A stretch of 25,897 nucleotides of DNA. Origin: a virus (taxonomy: Duplodnaviria > Heunggongvirae > Uroviricota > Caudoviricetes). The DNA lies in IMG/VR virus record IMGVR_UViG_2698536403_000009; one strand, 5' to 3'. Below are positions 9,014 through 17,629 of the stretch, in pieces (the first letter of the stretch is position 1; each line of letters opens with the position of its first letter). The notes below the pieces were generated by a model that saw nothing but the letters and a program-made list of their open reading frames with translations, ran no database searches and had not been told where the DNA came from. The translations under genes were made by a program, and so were the position numbers.

Positions 9014-9397
9014 ATGGCAACAAAAGAAGAAAATCTGAATCGTCTTCGTCAACTGGCTGGCCTGCTGGGGCGCGAGGCGGATATGTCGGGGAGTGCTGCG
9101 GATATTGCTCAACGTGTGTCTGAGTGGGAAGAGGAGCTTGCTGTTTCCCCGGAGGGCATTATGCACTCTGATGAGAGCGGGGCTGATCAAAATCACACAG
9201 ACGATGGTGAGCAGTTGAACAACACGGATGCTCCGGATGATGTTAAAGCCGTCCGGGTACGGAAGTGCCTGCAAGTAATGGGGTATTGCCCGGAGACAGG
9301 TCGTCCCGTTGAGCTGGCGTTACGGGGTATGCGTGTTCTGGTGCCATCATCACTGGCAACGGCCATGATACAGCACGGAACGGCTGAATATGCGTGA
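9014..9397 (+). CDS. FI: DNA packaging protein FI
   Basis: Start ATG 9014 after AGGAGG; acidic middle region and position between E and FII as in lambda; weaker sequence match than neighbours. Confidence 0.8.
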   Translation: MATKEENLNRLRQLAGLLGREADMSGSAADIAQRVSEWEEELAVSPEGIMHSDESGADQNHTDDGEQLNNTDAPDDVKAVRVRKCLQVMGYCPETGRPVELALRGMRVLVPSSLATAMIQHGTAEYA

Positions 9398-9743
9398 TTT
9401 TCAGAATGCCTTTGATGCTGCCCTTGCCGGGGTGGACAGTACGATCGTTGAAGTGATGGGGATCCGTGCGCAGTTCACCTCCGGAGCACAACGTGGCGGC
9501 GAAGTTCAGGGGGTTTTTGACGATCCGGAGTCGCTGGGTTTTGCCGGTGGCGGGGTCCGTATTGAAGGAAGCAGCCCGTCATTATTTGTGCGGACGGATA
9601 CGGTGCGTGCCGTGCGGCGTGGTGACACGCTGACCATTAACGGCGAGATGTTCTGGGTGGATCGTGTTTCTCCGGATGACAGGGGAAGCTGTTATCTCTG
9701 GCTCAACCGTGGGCAACCCCCCGCAGTTAACCGGCGACGATAA
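9390..9743 (+). CDS. FII: Head-tail joining protein FII
   Basis: 117 aa; GVFDDPE...GSSPSLFVRTD.VR..RRGDTLTI....FWVDRVSPDD.GSC.LWL.RG.PPAVNRRR matches lambda gpFII. Confidence 0.9.
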   Translation: MRDFQNAFDAALAGVDSTIVEVMGIRAQFTSGAQRGGEVQGVFDDPESLGFAGGGVRIEGSSPSLFVRTDTVRAVRRGDTLTINGEMFWVDRVSPDDRGSCYLWLNRGQPPAVNRRR

Positions 9744-9758
9744 ACGCAGGGTGAAATT

Positions 9759-10334
9759 ATGGCGATAAAAGGGCTTGCTCAGGCGATTGATAATCTGAGC
9801 CGGGTTCGTAAAAACGCCATTCCGGCGGCTTCAGCAATGACGATTAACCGCGTGGCCACAACGGCGATTAATCAGTCTTCATCACAGGTTGCCCGGGAAA
9901 CCAGGGTGAGACGGAAACTGGTAAAGGAACGGTCCAGACTGAAACGGGCCACGGTCAGAAATCCGAATGCAAAAATTATCGTTAACCGCGGTGATCTTCC
10001 TGTGATTAAGCTGGGGATCAGAATGCTGGGGCGTCGTCCGGACAGCATACTCAAAGCCGGTCAGCATCGTTATCAGCGGGCATTTATCCAGCGATTAAAT
10101 AATGGGCGCTGGCATGTTATGCAACGTCTTCCCCAGGCCAGATATGAGAAGGGCAATGACGACAAGGGCAGGAAAAAGCGTAATCGCCTTCCTATTCAGG
10201 TGGTGAAAATCCCGATGGCGGCCCCACTGAAACAGGCGTTTGATGAAAACGTTGACCGTATCCGGCGTGAACGTCTGCCCGGAGAACTGGCATACGCGCT
10301 GAAACAACAGCTGAGGATTGCGATAAAACGATGA
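9759..10334 (+). CDS. Z: Minor tail protein Z
   Basis: 191 aa; MAIKGL.QA..NLSR...INRVA...VARET.VRRKLVKER.RLKRATV...GRWHVMQR...IPMA.PL...RIRRERLP.EL.YAL matches lambda gpZ. Confidence 0.9.
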   Translation: MAIKGLAQAIDNLSRVRKNAIPAASAMTINRVATTAINQSSSQVARETRVRRKLVKERSRLKRATVRNPNAKIIVNRGDLPVIKLGIRMLGRRPDSILKAGQHRYQRAFIQRLNNGRWHVMQRLPQARYEKGNDDKGRKKRNRLPIQVVKIPMAAPLKQAFDENVDRIRRERLPGELAYALKQQLRIAIKR

Positions 10335-10726
10335 AACATACTGATATCCGTGCGGCAGTGCTGGATGCACTCGAGCAGCATGAACACGGGGCGACGCTGT
10401 TTGATGGTCGCCCCGTTGTTTTTGACGAAGAGGATTTTCCTGCGATCGCGGTTTATCTGACGGATGCAGAGTATACCGGTGAAGAGCTGGATGCAGATAC
10501 CTGGCGGGCCACACTGCATATTGAGGTGTTTTTACCGGCACAGGTACCGGATTCGGAGCTGGATTCGTGGATGGAAAGCCGGATTTATCCGGCGATGACC
10601 GCGATCCCGGCACTGGCAGGACTGATTACCACGATGGTTACGCAGGGCTATGAGTATCGTCGTGATGACGATATGGCGTTATGGAGTTCTGCAGATCTGA
10701 CTTATTCCATTACATACGAGATGTGA
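10331..10726 (+). CDS. U: Minor tail protein U (tail terminator)
   Basis: 131 aa, nearly colinear with lambda gpU ([44 protein letters not shown]). Confidence 0.9.
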   Translation: MKHTDIRAAVLDALEQHEHGATLFDGRPVVFDEEDFPAIAVYLTDAEYTGEELDADTWRATLHIEVFLPAQVPDSELDSWMESRIYPAMTAIPALAGLITTMVTQGYEYRRDDDMALWSSADLTYSITYEM

Positions 10727-10733
10727 GGACGAT

Positions 10734-11486
10734 ATGGCAACACCAAATCCCCTTGAGCCGGTAAAAGGTGCCGGTACCACTCTGTGGGTTTATAACGGCA
10801 AGGGTGACGCCTATGCAAACCCGTTGTCAGACGATGACTGGCAGCGACTGGCTAAGGTGAAGGATCTGACGCCGGGCGAGATGACGGCAGAATCCTACGA
10901 TGATAACTATCTGGATGATGAAGACGCGGACTGGACCGCGACCGGGCAGGGTCAGAAATCTGCGGGTGACACCAGTTTTACGCTGGCCTGGAAGCCGGGA
11001 GAGGAAGGTCAGAAAGGGCTTATAGGCTGGTTTGAAAGCGGGGATGTGCGGGCCTATAAAATCCGTTTTCCGAACGGCACGGTGGATGTGTTTCGTGGCT
11101 GGGTCAGCAGTATCGGTAAGGCCGTGACGGCGAAAGAAGTGATCACCCGCACGGTGAAAGTGACCAACGTGGGCAAACCTTCTGTAGCGGAAGAACGCAG
11201 CAAAATTACGCCGGTCACTGCGATTAAGGTGACGCCGACATCCGGTACGGTGGCAAAAGGGAAAACAACCACCCTGACGGTTTCTTTTGAGCCGGAAAGT
11301 GCAACCGACAAGACGTTCAGAGCGGTTTCCGCCGATCCGTCGAAAGCCACCATTAGTGTGAAAGATATGACAATTACGGTAAACGGCGTGGCGACAGGTA
11401 AGGTGCAGATCCCTGTGGTGAGCGGAAATGGTCAGTTCGCCGCAGTGGCTGAAGTCACCGTTACTGAAGCGGGCGCTGCAGGGTAA
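10734..11486 (+). CDS. V: Major tail protein V
   Basis: 250 aa; [71 protein letters not shown] matches lambda gpV. Confidence 0.95.
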   Translation: MATPNPLEPVKGAGTTLWVYNGKGDAYANPLSDDDWQRLAKVKDLTPGEMTAESYDDNYLDDEDADWTATGQGQKSAGDTSFTLAWKPGEEGQKGLIGWFESGDVRAYKIRFPNGTVDVFRGWVSSIGKAVTAKEVITRTVKVTNVGKPSVAEERSKITPVTAIKVTPTSGTVAKGKTTTLTVSFEPESATDKTFRAVSADPSKATISVKDMTITVNGVATGKVQIPVVSGNGQFAAVAEVTVTEAGAAG

Positions 11487-11499
11487 ACGGAGGTCATAC

Positions 11500-11931
11500 A
11501 TGTTTCTGAAAACAGAACAATTTGAATATAACGGTGTGTCCGTCACGCTTTCCGAATTGTCTGCGCTGCAGCGTATTGAGCATCTTGCCCTCCTGAAACG
11601 GCGTGCAGAACAGGCAGAATCCAGCGGCAACCTGCAGGTAAGCGTGGAAGATCTCGTCAGAACCGGCGCGTTTCTGGTGGCGATGTCCCTGTGGCATAAC
11701 CATCCGCAGAAAACGGGGTCACCGTCAATGAATGAGGCTGTGATGCAGATTGAGCAGGAAGTCCTGACCACCTGGCCTGCGGATGCCATTGCCCGGGCGG
11801 AAAATGTGGTGTTGCGTCTGTCCGGGATGAGCGGGCCTGTTCATGTGGATACGGATATTACCGAAGTGGCGAAAAATAACGCGCTGACTGATGATGATTT
11901 TTCTGCGGGAAAGTCTTCGACGGCGAGCTGA
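11500..11931 (+). CDS. G: Tail assembly chaperone G
   Basis: Start ATG 11500 after ACGGAGG; MFLKTE.FE.NGV.VTLSELSALQRIEHLAL.KR.AEQAES matches lambda gpG; the track ORF 11428 extends upstream into V. Confidence 0.9.
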   Translation: MFLKTEQFEYNGVSVTLSELSALQRIEHLALLKRRAEQAESSGNLQVSVEDLVRTGAFLVAMSLWHNHPQKTGSPSMNEAVMQIEQEVLTTWPADAIARAENVVLRLSGMSGPVHVDTDITEVAKNNALTDDDFSAGKSSTAS

Positions 11932-12371
11932 ATTTTGCCCTCAGACTGGCGCGTGAGATGGGGAGGCCTGACTGGCGCGCCATGCTTGCCGGGATGACAT
12001 CCACCGAATATGCCGACTGGCGACATTTTTACCGCATGCATTATTTTCACGATACCCAGCTGGATATGCATTTTTCCGGGCTGACGTACGCTGTACTCAG
12101 CCTGTTTTTTTGCGATCCGGATATGCATCCCTCTGATTTCAGTCTGCTTGCCCCCCGGCGTGAGGAAGCGCAGACGGAGATGCCGGATGAGGAAAAAATG
12201 CTGATGCAGAAAGCGGCAGGACTTGCCGGAGGCGTCCGGTTTGGTGGGGACGGAGGGCGTGAGATTTTATCGTCTGCGGATGTGGCGGATGTCAGCGAGG
12301 ATGATGTCGCATTAATGATGGCTTCAGCGGGGATTTCCGGAGGTGTGAGATATGTCCCAGCCGGTTGGTGA
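11500..12371 (+). CDS. T: Tail assembly protein G-T fusion produced by programmed -1 ribosomal frameshift (T-frame part 11910-12371)
   Basis: Slippery heptamer G_GGA_AAG at 11907-11913 in the G frame, the same site as lambda G-T; the -1 frame downstream encodes KVFDGEL.FAL.LAREMGRPDWRAMLAGM.STEYADW similar to lambda gpT. Confidence 0.8.
11907..11913 (+). promoter_or_regulatory. G-T -1 frameshift slippery site (GGGAAAG)
   Basis: X_XXY_YYZ heptamer in G frame, followed in the -1 frame by a T homolog. Confidence 0.8.
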
Positions 12372-14931
12372 TCTTGTTATTGACCTGAGTCTGGATGCGG
12401 TCCGTTTCGATGAGCAGATGAGCCGGGTAAGGCGTCATTTTTCCGGACTGGAGACTGACGCCAGAAAAACCGCCAGTGCTGTTGAACAGGGCCTGAGCCG
12501 CCAGGCGTTGGCTGCACAAAAAGCCGGGATTTCCGTCGGGCAGTATAAAGCGGCCATGCGAACCCTGCCCGCACAGTTTACGGATATCGCCACGCAGCTT
12601 GCCGGTGGTCAGAATCCCTGGCTGATCCTGCTGCAACAGGGCGGTCAGGTGAAGGACTCCTTCGGCGGGATGATCCCCATGTTCAGGGGACTTGCCGGTG
12701 CGATCACCCTGCCGATGGTCGGGGTCACCTCGCTGGCGGTGGCGACAGGTGCGCTGGCGTACGCCTGGTACCAGGGGGATTCCACGCTTTCAGCGTTTAA
12801 TAAAACCCTGGTTCTTTCCGGTAATCAGTCCGGACTGACTGCCGATCGCATGCTGACGCTCTCCAGAGCCGGACAGGCCGCAGGGCTGACGTTTAACCAG
12901 GCGAGTGAGTCACTGGCAGCCCTGGTGAATGTCGGTGTGCGTGGTGGTGAACAGTTTGATGCCATCAACCAGAGTGTCGCGCGTTTTGCTTCTGCATCCG
13001 GTGTGGAGGTGGACAAGGTTGCAGAGGCTTTCGGAAAACTGACCACCGACCCGACGTCGGGGCTGATGGCGATGGCGCGCCAGTTCCGTAACGTGACGGC
13101 AGAGCAGATTGCGTATGTTGCGCAGCTGCAGCGTTCCGGTGATGAGGCCGGGGCCTTACAGGCGGCGAACGATGCTGCCACGAAAGGCTTTGATGAGCAG
13201 ACCCGTCGCCTGAAAGAAAACATGGGGACACTGGAGACCTGGGCGGATAAAACAGGGAAGGCATTCAAATCGATGTGGGATGCCATTCTGGATATCGGTC
13301 GTCCTGAGTCCTCAGCGGATATGCTCGCCAGTGCACAGAAGGCATTTGATGAGGCGGATAAAAAATGGCAGTGGTACCAGAGCCGGAGCCAGCGCCGGGG
13401 AAAAACCGCCTCTTTTCGTGCGAACCTTCAGGGTGCATGGGATGACCGGGAAAATGCCCGTCTGGGGCTGGCAGCGGCCACGCTGCAGTCGGATATGGAA
13501 AAAGCCGGTGAACTGGCCGCCAGGGACCGGGCCGAACGGGACGCATCACAGCTGAAGTATACCGGAGAGGCGCAGAAGGCGTATGAGCGTCTGCTGACGC
13601 CGCTGGAGAAATATACCGCCCGTCAGGAAGAACTGAATAAGGCCCTGAAAGACGGGAAAATCCTGCAGGTGGATTACAACACGCTGATGGCGGCGGCGAA
13701 AAAGGATTATGAATCGACGCTGAAAAAGCCGAAGTCGTCAGGAGTCAAAGTGTCAGCCGGTGAGCGCCAGGAAGACCGGGCACATGCTGCCCTGCTGGCG
13801 CTTGAAACTGAGCTCCGGACGCTGGAAAAACACAGCGGTGCGAATGAGAAAATCAGCCAGCAGCGTCGCGATTTATGGAAAGCGGAAAATCAGTATGCGG
13901 TCCTGAAAGAGGCAGCCACGAAACGGCAGTTATCTGAGCAGGAAAAATCCCTGCTGACCCATGAGAAAGAGACGCTGGAGTACAAACGCCAGCTGGCTGA
14001 GCTGGGAGACAAAGTTGAACACCAGAAACGGCTGAATGAGCTGGCACAGCAGGCTGCGCGGTTTGAACAGCAGCAGAGTGCGAAGCAGGCGGCAATCAGC
14101 GCAAAAGCCCGCGGACTCACCGACCGTCAGGCGCAGCGGGAGTCGGAAGAGCAGCGCCTTCGTGACGTGTACGGTGATAATCCGGATGCGCTGGCGAAGG
14201 CCACATCTGCACTGAAGAACACCTGGTCTGCGGAGGAGCAGCTTCGTGGAAGCTGGATGGCCGGTCTGAAGTCCGGCTGGGGCGAGTGGGCAGAAAGTGC
14301 GACGGACAGTTTTTCGCAGGTTAAAAACGCGGCCACGCAGACCTTTGACGGTATTGCACAGAATATGGCGGGGATGCTGACCGGCAGCGAACAGAACTGG
14401 CGTGGTTTCACCCGTTCCGTGCTCTCCATGCTGACAGAGATTTTTCTGAAGCAGGCCATGGTGGGGATTGTCGGGAGTATTGGCAGCGCCATGGGTGGTG
14501 CTTTCGGTGGTGGGGCGTCTGCCTCCACGGGGACGGCCATTCAGGCTGCGGCGGCGAACTTCCATTTTGCGACCGGAGGATTTACGGGAACCGGTGGCAA
14601 ATATGAGCCAGCGGGGATTGTTCACCGTGGTGAATTTGTCTTCACGAAGGAGGCAACCAGCCGGATTGGCGTAGGAAATCTTTACCGGCTGATGCGCGGC
14701 TATGCCACCGGTGGTTATGTCGGTGGCACCGGAAGTCCGGCGCAGATGCGGCGTTCAGAGGGTATCAGATTTGAGCAGAACAACAACGTGGTGATTCAGA
14801 ACGACGGTATCAACGGACAGGCGGGGCCGCAGCTGATGAAGGCGGTGTATGACATGGCCCGCAAGGGGGCACAGGATGAACTCCGGCTGCAGTTGCGTGA
14901 TGGCGGTATGTTATCAGGGAGCGGTGGATGA
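12352..14931 (+). CDS. H: Tail tape measure protein H
   Basis: 859 aa, colinear with lambda gpH (N-term PVGDLV.DLSLDA.RFDEQM.RVRRHFSG; C-term KYEPAGIVHRGEFVFTKEATSRIGVGNLYRLMRGYATGGYVG). Confidence 0.95.
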   Translation: MSQPVGDLVIDLSLDAVRFDEQMSRVRRHFSGLETDARKTASAVEQGLSRQALAAQKAGISVGQYKAAMRTLPAQFTDIATQLAGGQNPWLILLQQGGQVKDSFGGMIPMFRGLAGAITLPMVGVTSLAVATGALAYAWYQGDSTLSAFNKTLVLSGNQSGLTADRMLTLSRAGQAAGLTFNQASESLAALVNVGVRGGEQFDAINQSVARFASASGVEVDKVAEAFGKLTTDPTSGLMAMARQFRNVTAEQIAYVAQLQRSGDEAGALQAANDAATKGFDEQTRRLKENMGTLETWADKTGKAFKSMWDAILDIGRPESSADMLASAQKAFDEADKKWQWYQSRSQRRGKTASFRANLQGAWDDRENARLGLAAATLQSDMEKAGELAARDRAERDASQLKYTGEAQKAYERLLTPLEKYTARQEELNKALKDGKILQVDYNTLMAAAKKDYESTLKKPKSSGVKVSAGERQEDRAHAALLALETELRTLEKHSGANEKISQQRRDLWKAENQYAVLKEAATKRQLSEQEKSLLTHEKETLEYKRQLAELGDKVEHQKRLNELAQQAARFEQQQSAKQAAISAKARGLTDRQAQRESEEQRLRDVYGDNPDALAKATSALKNTWSAEEQLRGSWMAGLKSGWGEWAESATDSFSQVKNAATQTFDGIAQNMAGMLTGSEQNWRGFTRSVLSMLTEIFLKQAMVGIVGSIGSAMGGAFGGGASASTGTAIQAAAANFHFATGGFTGTGGKYEPAGIVHRGEFVFTKEATSRIGVGNLYRLMRGYATGGYVGGTGSPAQMRRSEGIRFEQNNNVVIQNDGINGQAGPQLMKAVYDMARKGAQDELRLQLRDGGMLSGSGG

Positions 14932-15257
14932 AAACCTTTCGCTGGAAAGTGAAGCCGGATATGGAGGTGAACTCGCAGCCGTCGGTGCGTGAAGTGCGTT
15001 TTGGTGACGGGTACTCACAGCGTATGGCGGCAGGGCTGAATGCTGACCTGAAAACATACAGGGTGACGCTTTTCGTGACCCGGGAGGAGGCCCGGCATCT
15101 GGAAGCGTTCCTGGCAGAGCACGGTGGCTGGAAGGCATTTTTGTGGAAGCCACCCTATGCATACCGGCAGATAAAGGTGACCTGTGCCGGGTGGTCTGCG
15201 CGGGTCGGGATGTTGCGCGTTGAGTTCAGCGCGGAGTTTAAGCAGGTGGTGAACTGA
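14928..15257 (+). CDS. M: Minor tail protein M
   Basis: 109 aa, position and size as lambda gpM; ATGA overlap with H. Confidence 0.9.
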   Translation: MKTFRWKVKPDMEVNSQPSVREVRFGDGYSQRMAAGLNADLKTYRVTLFVTREEARHLEAFLAEHGGWKAFLWKPPYAYRQIKVTCAGWSARVGMLRVEFSAEFKQVVN

Positions 15258-15955
15258 TGCAGGATATTCACGAAGAAAGCCTGAACGAGTCGGTTAAATC
15301 AGAGCAGTCACCGCGGGTGGTGCTCTGGGAAATTGACCTGACGGTGCAGGGTGGTGAGCGGTATTTTTTCTGCAATGAGCTGAATGAAAAAGGGGAGGCG
15401 GTTACCTGGCAGGGGCGGCAATATCAGGCATACCCGATTGACGGCAGTGGCTTTGAGATGAACGGGAAGGGCAGCAGTGCCCGCCCGTCGCTGACGGTGT
15501 CGAATCTGTTCGGTCTGGTCACCGGGATGGCGGAGGACCTGCAGAGCCTGGTGGGGGCCACGGTGGTCCGCCGCCGGGTGTATGCCCGTTTTCTGGATGC
15601 GGTGAATTTTGTGGCGGGCAATCCGGAAGCGGACCCGGAGCAGGAGCTGAGCGACCGCTGGGTGGTGGAGCAGATGTCAGAGCTGACGGCCATGACAGCC
15701 TCGTTTGTGCTGGCAACACCGACGGAGACGGACGGAGCGCTGTTTCCCGGTCGCATTATGCTGGCGAATACCTGTATGTGGACCTACCGCTCTGATGAGT
15801 GTGGTTACACGGGCGGGGCTGTGGCGGATGAGTTCGATAAACCCACCACCGATATCCGTAAGGACAGATGCAGCAAGTGCATGCGCGGGTGTGAGATGCG
15901 CGGCATGGTGGCTAATTTTGGCGGTTTCCTTTCCATTAATAAACTTTCGCAGTAA
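15257..15955 (+). CDS. L: Minor tail protein L
   Basis: 232 aa, same size as lambda gpL; C-terminal Cys cluster (CMWTYRSDECGYTGG...CSKCMRGC) typical of gpL. Confidence 0.9.
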   Translation: MQDIHEESLNESVKSEQSPRVVLWEIDLTVQGGERYFFCNELNEKGEAVTWQGRQYQAYPIDGSGFEMNGKGSSARPSLTVSNLFGLVTGMAEDLQSLVGATVVRRRVYARFLDAVNFVAGNPEADPEQELSDRWVVEQMSELTAMTASFVLATPTETDGALFPGRIMLANTCMWTYRSDECGYTGGAVADEFDKPTTDIRKDRCSKCMRGCEMRGMVANFGGFLSINKLSQ

Positions 15956-15965
15956 ATCCCGGTTT

Positions 15966-16709
15966 ATGACACAGACTGAATCAGCGATTCTGGCGCATGC
16001 CCGGCGGTGTGCGCCTGCGGAGTCGTGCGGCTTCGTGGTGAGAACGCCGGAGGGGGAGCGGTATATCCCTTGTGTGAATATCTCTGCAGAGCCGGAGGCG
16101 TATTTTCGTATTGCACCGGAAGACTGGCTGCGGGCAGAGATGCAGGGGGAGATTGTGGCACTGGTCCACAGTCATCCCGGTGGTCTGCCCTGGCTGAGCG
16201 AGGCCGACCGGCGGCTGCAGATAAAAAGTGCACTGTCCTGGTGGCTGGTCTGCCGGGGGGAAATTCATAAATTCCGCTGTGTGCCACATCTGACAGGACG
16301 GCGCTTTGAGCACGGGGTGACGGACTGTTACACGCTGTTCCGGGATGCCTACCATCTGGCGGGAATTGATATGCCGGATTTTGAGCGTGAGGATGACTGG
16401 TGGCGCAACGGTCAGAACCTTTACCTGGACAATATGGCGGTCACCGGCTTTTACCGGGTGCCCCTGTCCTCTGCACAGGCGGGCGATATCCTGCTGTGCT
16501 GCTTTGGCGCATCGGTGGCCAATCATGCCGCCATTTACTGCGGCAACGGTGAACTGCTTCACCATCTGCCTGAACAACTGAGTAAACGGGAGAGGTATTC
16601 CGAAAAATGGCAACGACGAACGCATTCTGTCTGGCGTCACCGCCACTGGCACGCATCTGCCTTCACGGGGATTTACAACGATTTGGCCGCCGCCTCAGCC
16701 TGTATGTGA
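15966..16709 (+). CDS. K: Tail assembly protein K
   Basis: Start ATG 15966 (MTQTESAILAHARRCAPAESCGFVV, nearly identical to lambda gpK N-terminus); the track ORF 15705 is an upstream extension overlapping L. Confidence 0.9.
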   Translation: MTQTESAILAHARRCAPAESCGFVVRTPEGERYIPCVNISAEPEAYFRIAPEDWLRAEMQGEIVALVHSHPGGLPWLSEADRRLQIKSALSWWLVCRGEIHKFRCVPHLTGRRFEHGVTDCYTLFRDAYHLAGIDMPDFEREDDWWRNGQNLYLDNMAVTGFYRVPLSSAQAGDILLCCFGASVANHAAIYCGNGELLHHLPEQLSKRERYSEKWQRRTHSVWRHRHWHASAFTGIYNDLAAASACM

Positions 16710-17287
16710 ACACGGCAGCGGAAGCCATCCGGGCGCTGTCGTTACAGGTGCCCGGATTTCGCCGTCAGATGAACGAAGGGTGGTACCAGATACGTATTGC
16801 CGGTGATGACACGGCACCGGAGGCGGTGTACGCCCGTCTTCACGAACAGCTGGGTGAGGGAACGGTCATCCACATTGTGCCGCGACTGGCCGGGGCCGGA
16901 AAGGGTGGACTGCAGATTGTGCTGGGGGCGGCAGCCATCGTGGGGTCGTTCTTCACTGCCGGAGGCTCGATGGCGTTATGGGGTACAGCCCTGAGTGCCG
17001 GTGGTTTTTCTGCCACCACGATGCTGTTTTCACTGGGTGCCAGTATGATTCTGGGCGGTGTGGCCCAGATGCTGGCCCCGAAGGCAAAAACACCGGATTA
17101 CCGCGCAACGGATAACGGCAGACAGAACACGTATTTTTCGTCACTGGACAACATGATTGCCCAGGGTAACCCGATGCCGGTGCCTTACGGGGAAATGCTG
17201 GTTGGCTCCCGCCGTATATCCCAGGACATCAGCACCCGTGATGAAGGCGGGGGCGGAACGGTCGTGGTTATCGGGCGACAGGGATAA
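16607..17287 (+). CDS. I: Tail assembly protein I
   Basis: 226 aa; ARICL.GDLQRFGRR, IHIVPR.AGA..GG, NTYFSSLDNM.AQGN as lambda gpI; overlaps K by ~100 bp as in lambda. Confidence 0.9.
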   Translation: MATTNAFCLASPPLARICLHGDLQRFGRRLSLYVNTAAEAIRALSLQVPGFRRQMNEGWYQIRIAGDDTAPEAVYARLHEQLGEGTVIHIVPRLAGAGKGGLQIVLGAAAIVGSFFTAGGSMALWGTALSAGGFSATTMLFSLGASMILGGVAQMLAPKAKTPDYRATDNGRQNTYFSSLDNMIAQGNPMPVPYGEMLVGSRRISQDISTRDEGGGGTVVVIGRQG

Positions 17288-17291
17288 AACA

Positions 17292-17326
17292 TAAAAAAAT
17301 CCCGCAGTGATCGCGGAGCTGCGGGG
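17292..17326 (-). terminator. Intrinsic terminator oriented for the minus strand
   Basis: Stem cccgcag/ctgcggg (17301-17307 / 17319-17325), 11-nt loop; on the minus strand the hairpin is followed by atttttttat (plus 17291-17300). Confidence 0.5.
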
Positions 17327-17390
17327 ACAGACAAATGAAGATCAATGTTAAGGAGTTGTTTTTGTTACTCGGGCAAAAAAACACTAACGC
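17292..17390 (-). ncRNA. Candidate small RNA (~100 nt) in the I-J intergenic insert
   Basis: Sigma70-like promoter on the minus strand (-35 TTCACA = plus 17419-17424; 16-bp spacer; -10 TATAAT = plus 17397-17402) followed ~100 nt downstream by the intrinsic terminator at 17292-17326; no plausible ORF on that strand. Confidence 0.3.
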
Positions 17391-17396
17391 AGCGAA

Positions 17397-17424
17397 ATTA
17401 TAAGCGCCACAGTCAGTGTGTGAA
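17397..17424 (-). promoter_or_regulatory. Putative sigma70 promoter (TTCACA-16-TATAAT) on the minus strand
   Basis: Perfect -10 hexamer, 5/6 match at -35, 16-bp spacer; lies in the AT-rich insert between I and J. Confidence 0.35.
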
Positions 17425-17496
17425 AATGTGAAGATATTCAGAATTTTTATGCCATTACCGGTTTTAACCAACAGGATTATCGGTGGGCATGAAAGA

Positions 17497-17530
17497 AAAC
17501 CCCGGTATCTGCTGATACCGGGGTTTCTCT
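17497..17530. terminator. Perfect 13-bp inverted repeat hairpin with U-rich flanks on both strands (bidirectional terminator-like)
   Basis: aaaccccggtatc (17497-17509), loop tgct, gataccggggttt (17514-17526); followed on plus by ctcttt and on minus by tctttc. Confidence 0.5.
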
Positions 17531-17629
17531 TTAGCATGGCAGAAATGTGTTTCATGCTTTTCGGGCGAAGGATATCCGACTTCTGTACGGAATGGCAAGT
17601 GGCGGTTAATTTATTCAGGGGAAGGCTGT

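Noticed and set aside
10827-11789. Long minus-strand ORF (320 aa) antisense to V and G; similar long antisense ORFs at 932-1606, 13930-14625 and 19322-20101
   Set aside because: They overlap plus-strand genes with strong lambda homology, are Arg/Cys/His-rich with no recognisable domains, and are the usual antisense open frames of GC-rich coding DNA.
15705-15965. Upstream extension of the K ORF (track start 15705)
   Set aside because: The lambda gpK N-terminus (MTQTESAILAHARRC) aligns to ATG 15966; the extension overlaps the 3' end of L in another frame.
17292-17403. Type I toxin-antitoxin interpretation of the 22-codon ORF plus antisense RNA
   Set aside because: The peptide lacks the hydrophobic membrane-spanning segment typical of Hok, Ldr, Ibs or TisB-type toxins; kept only as a low-interest note.
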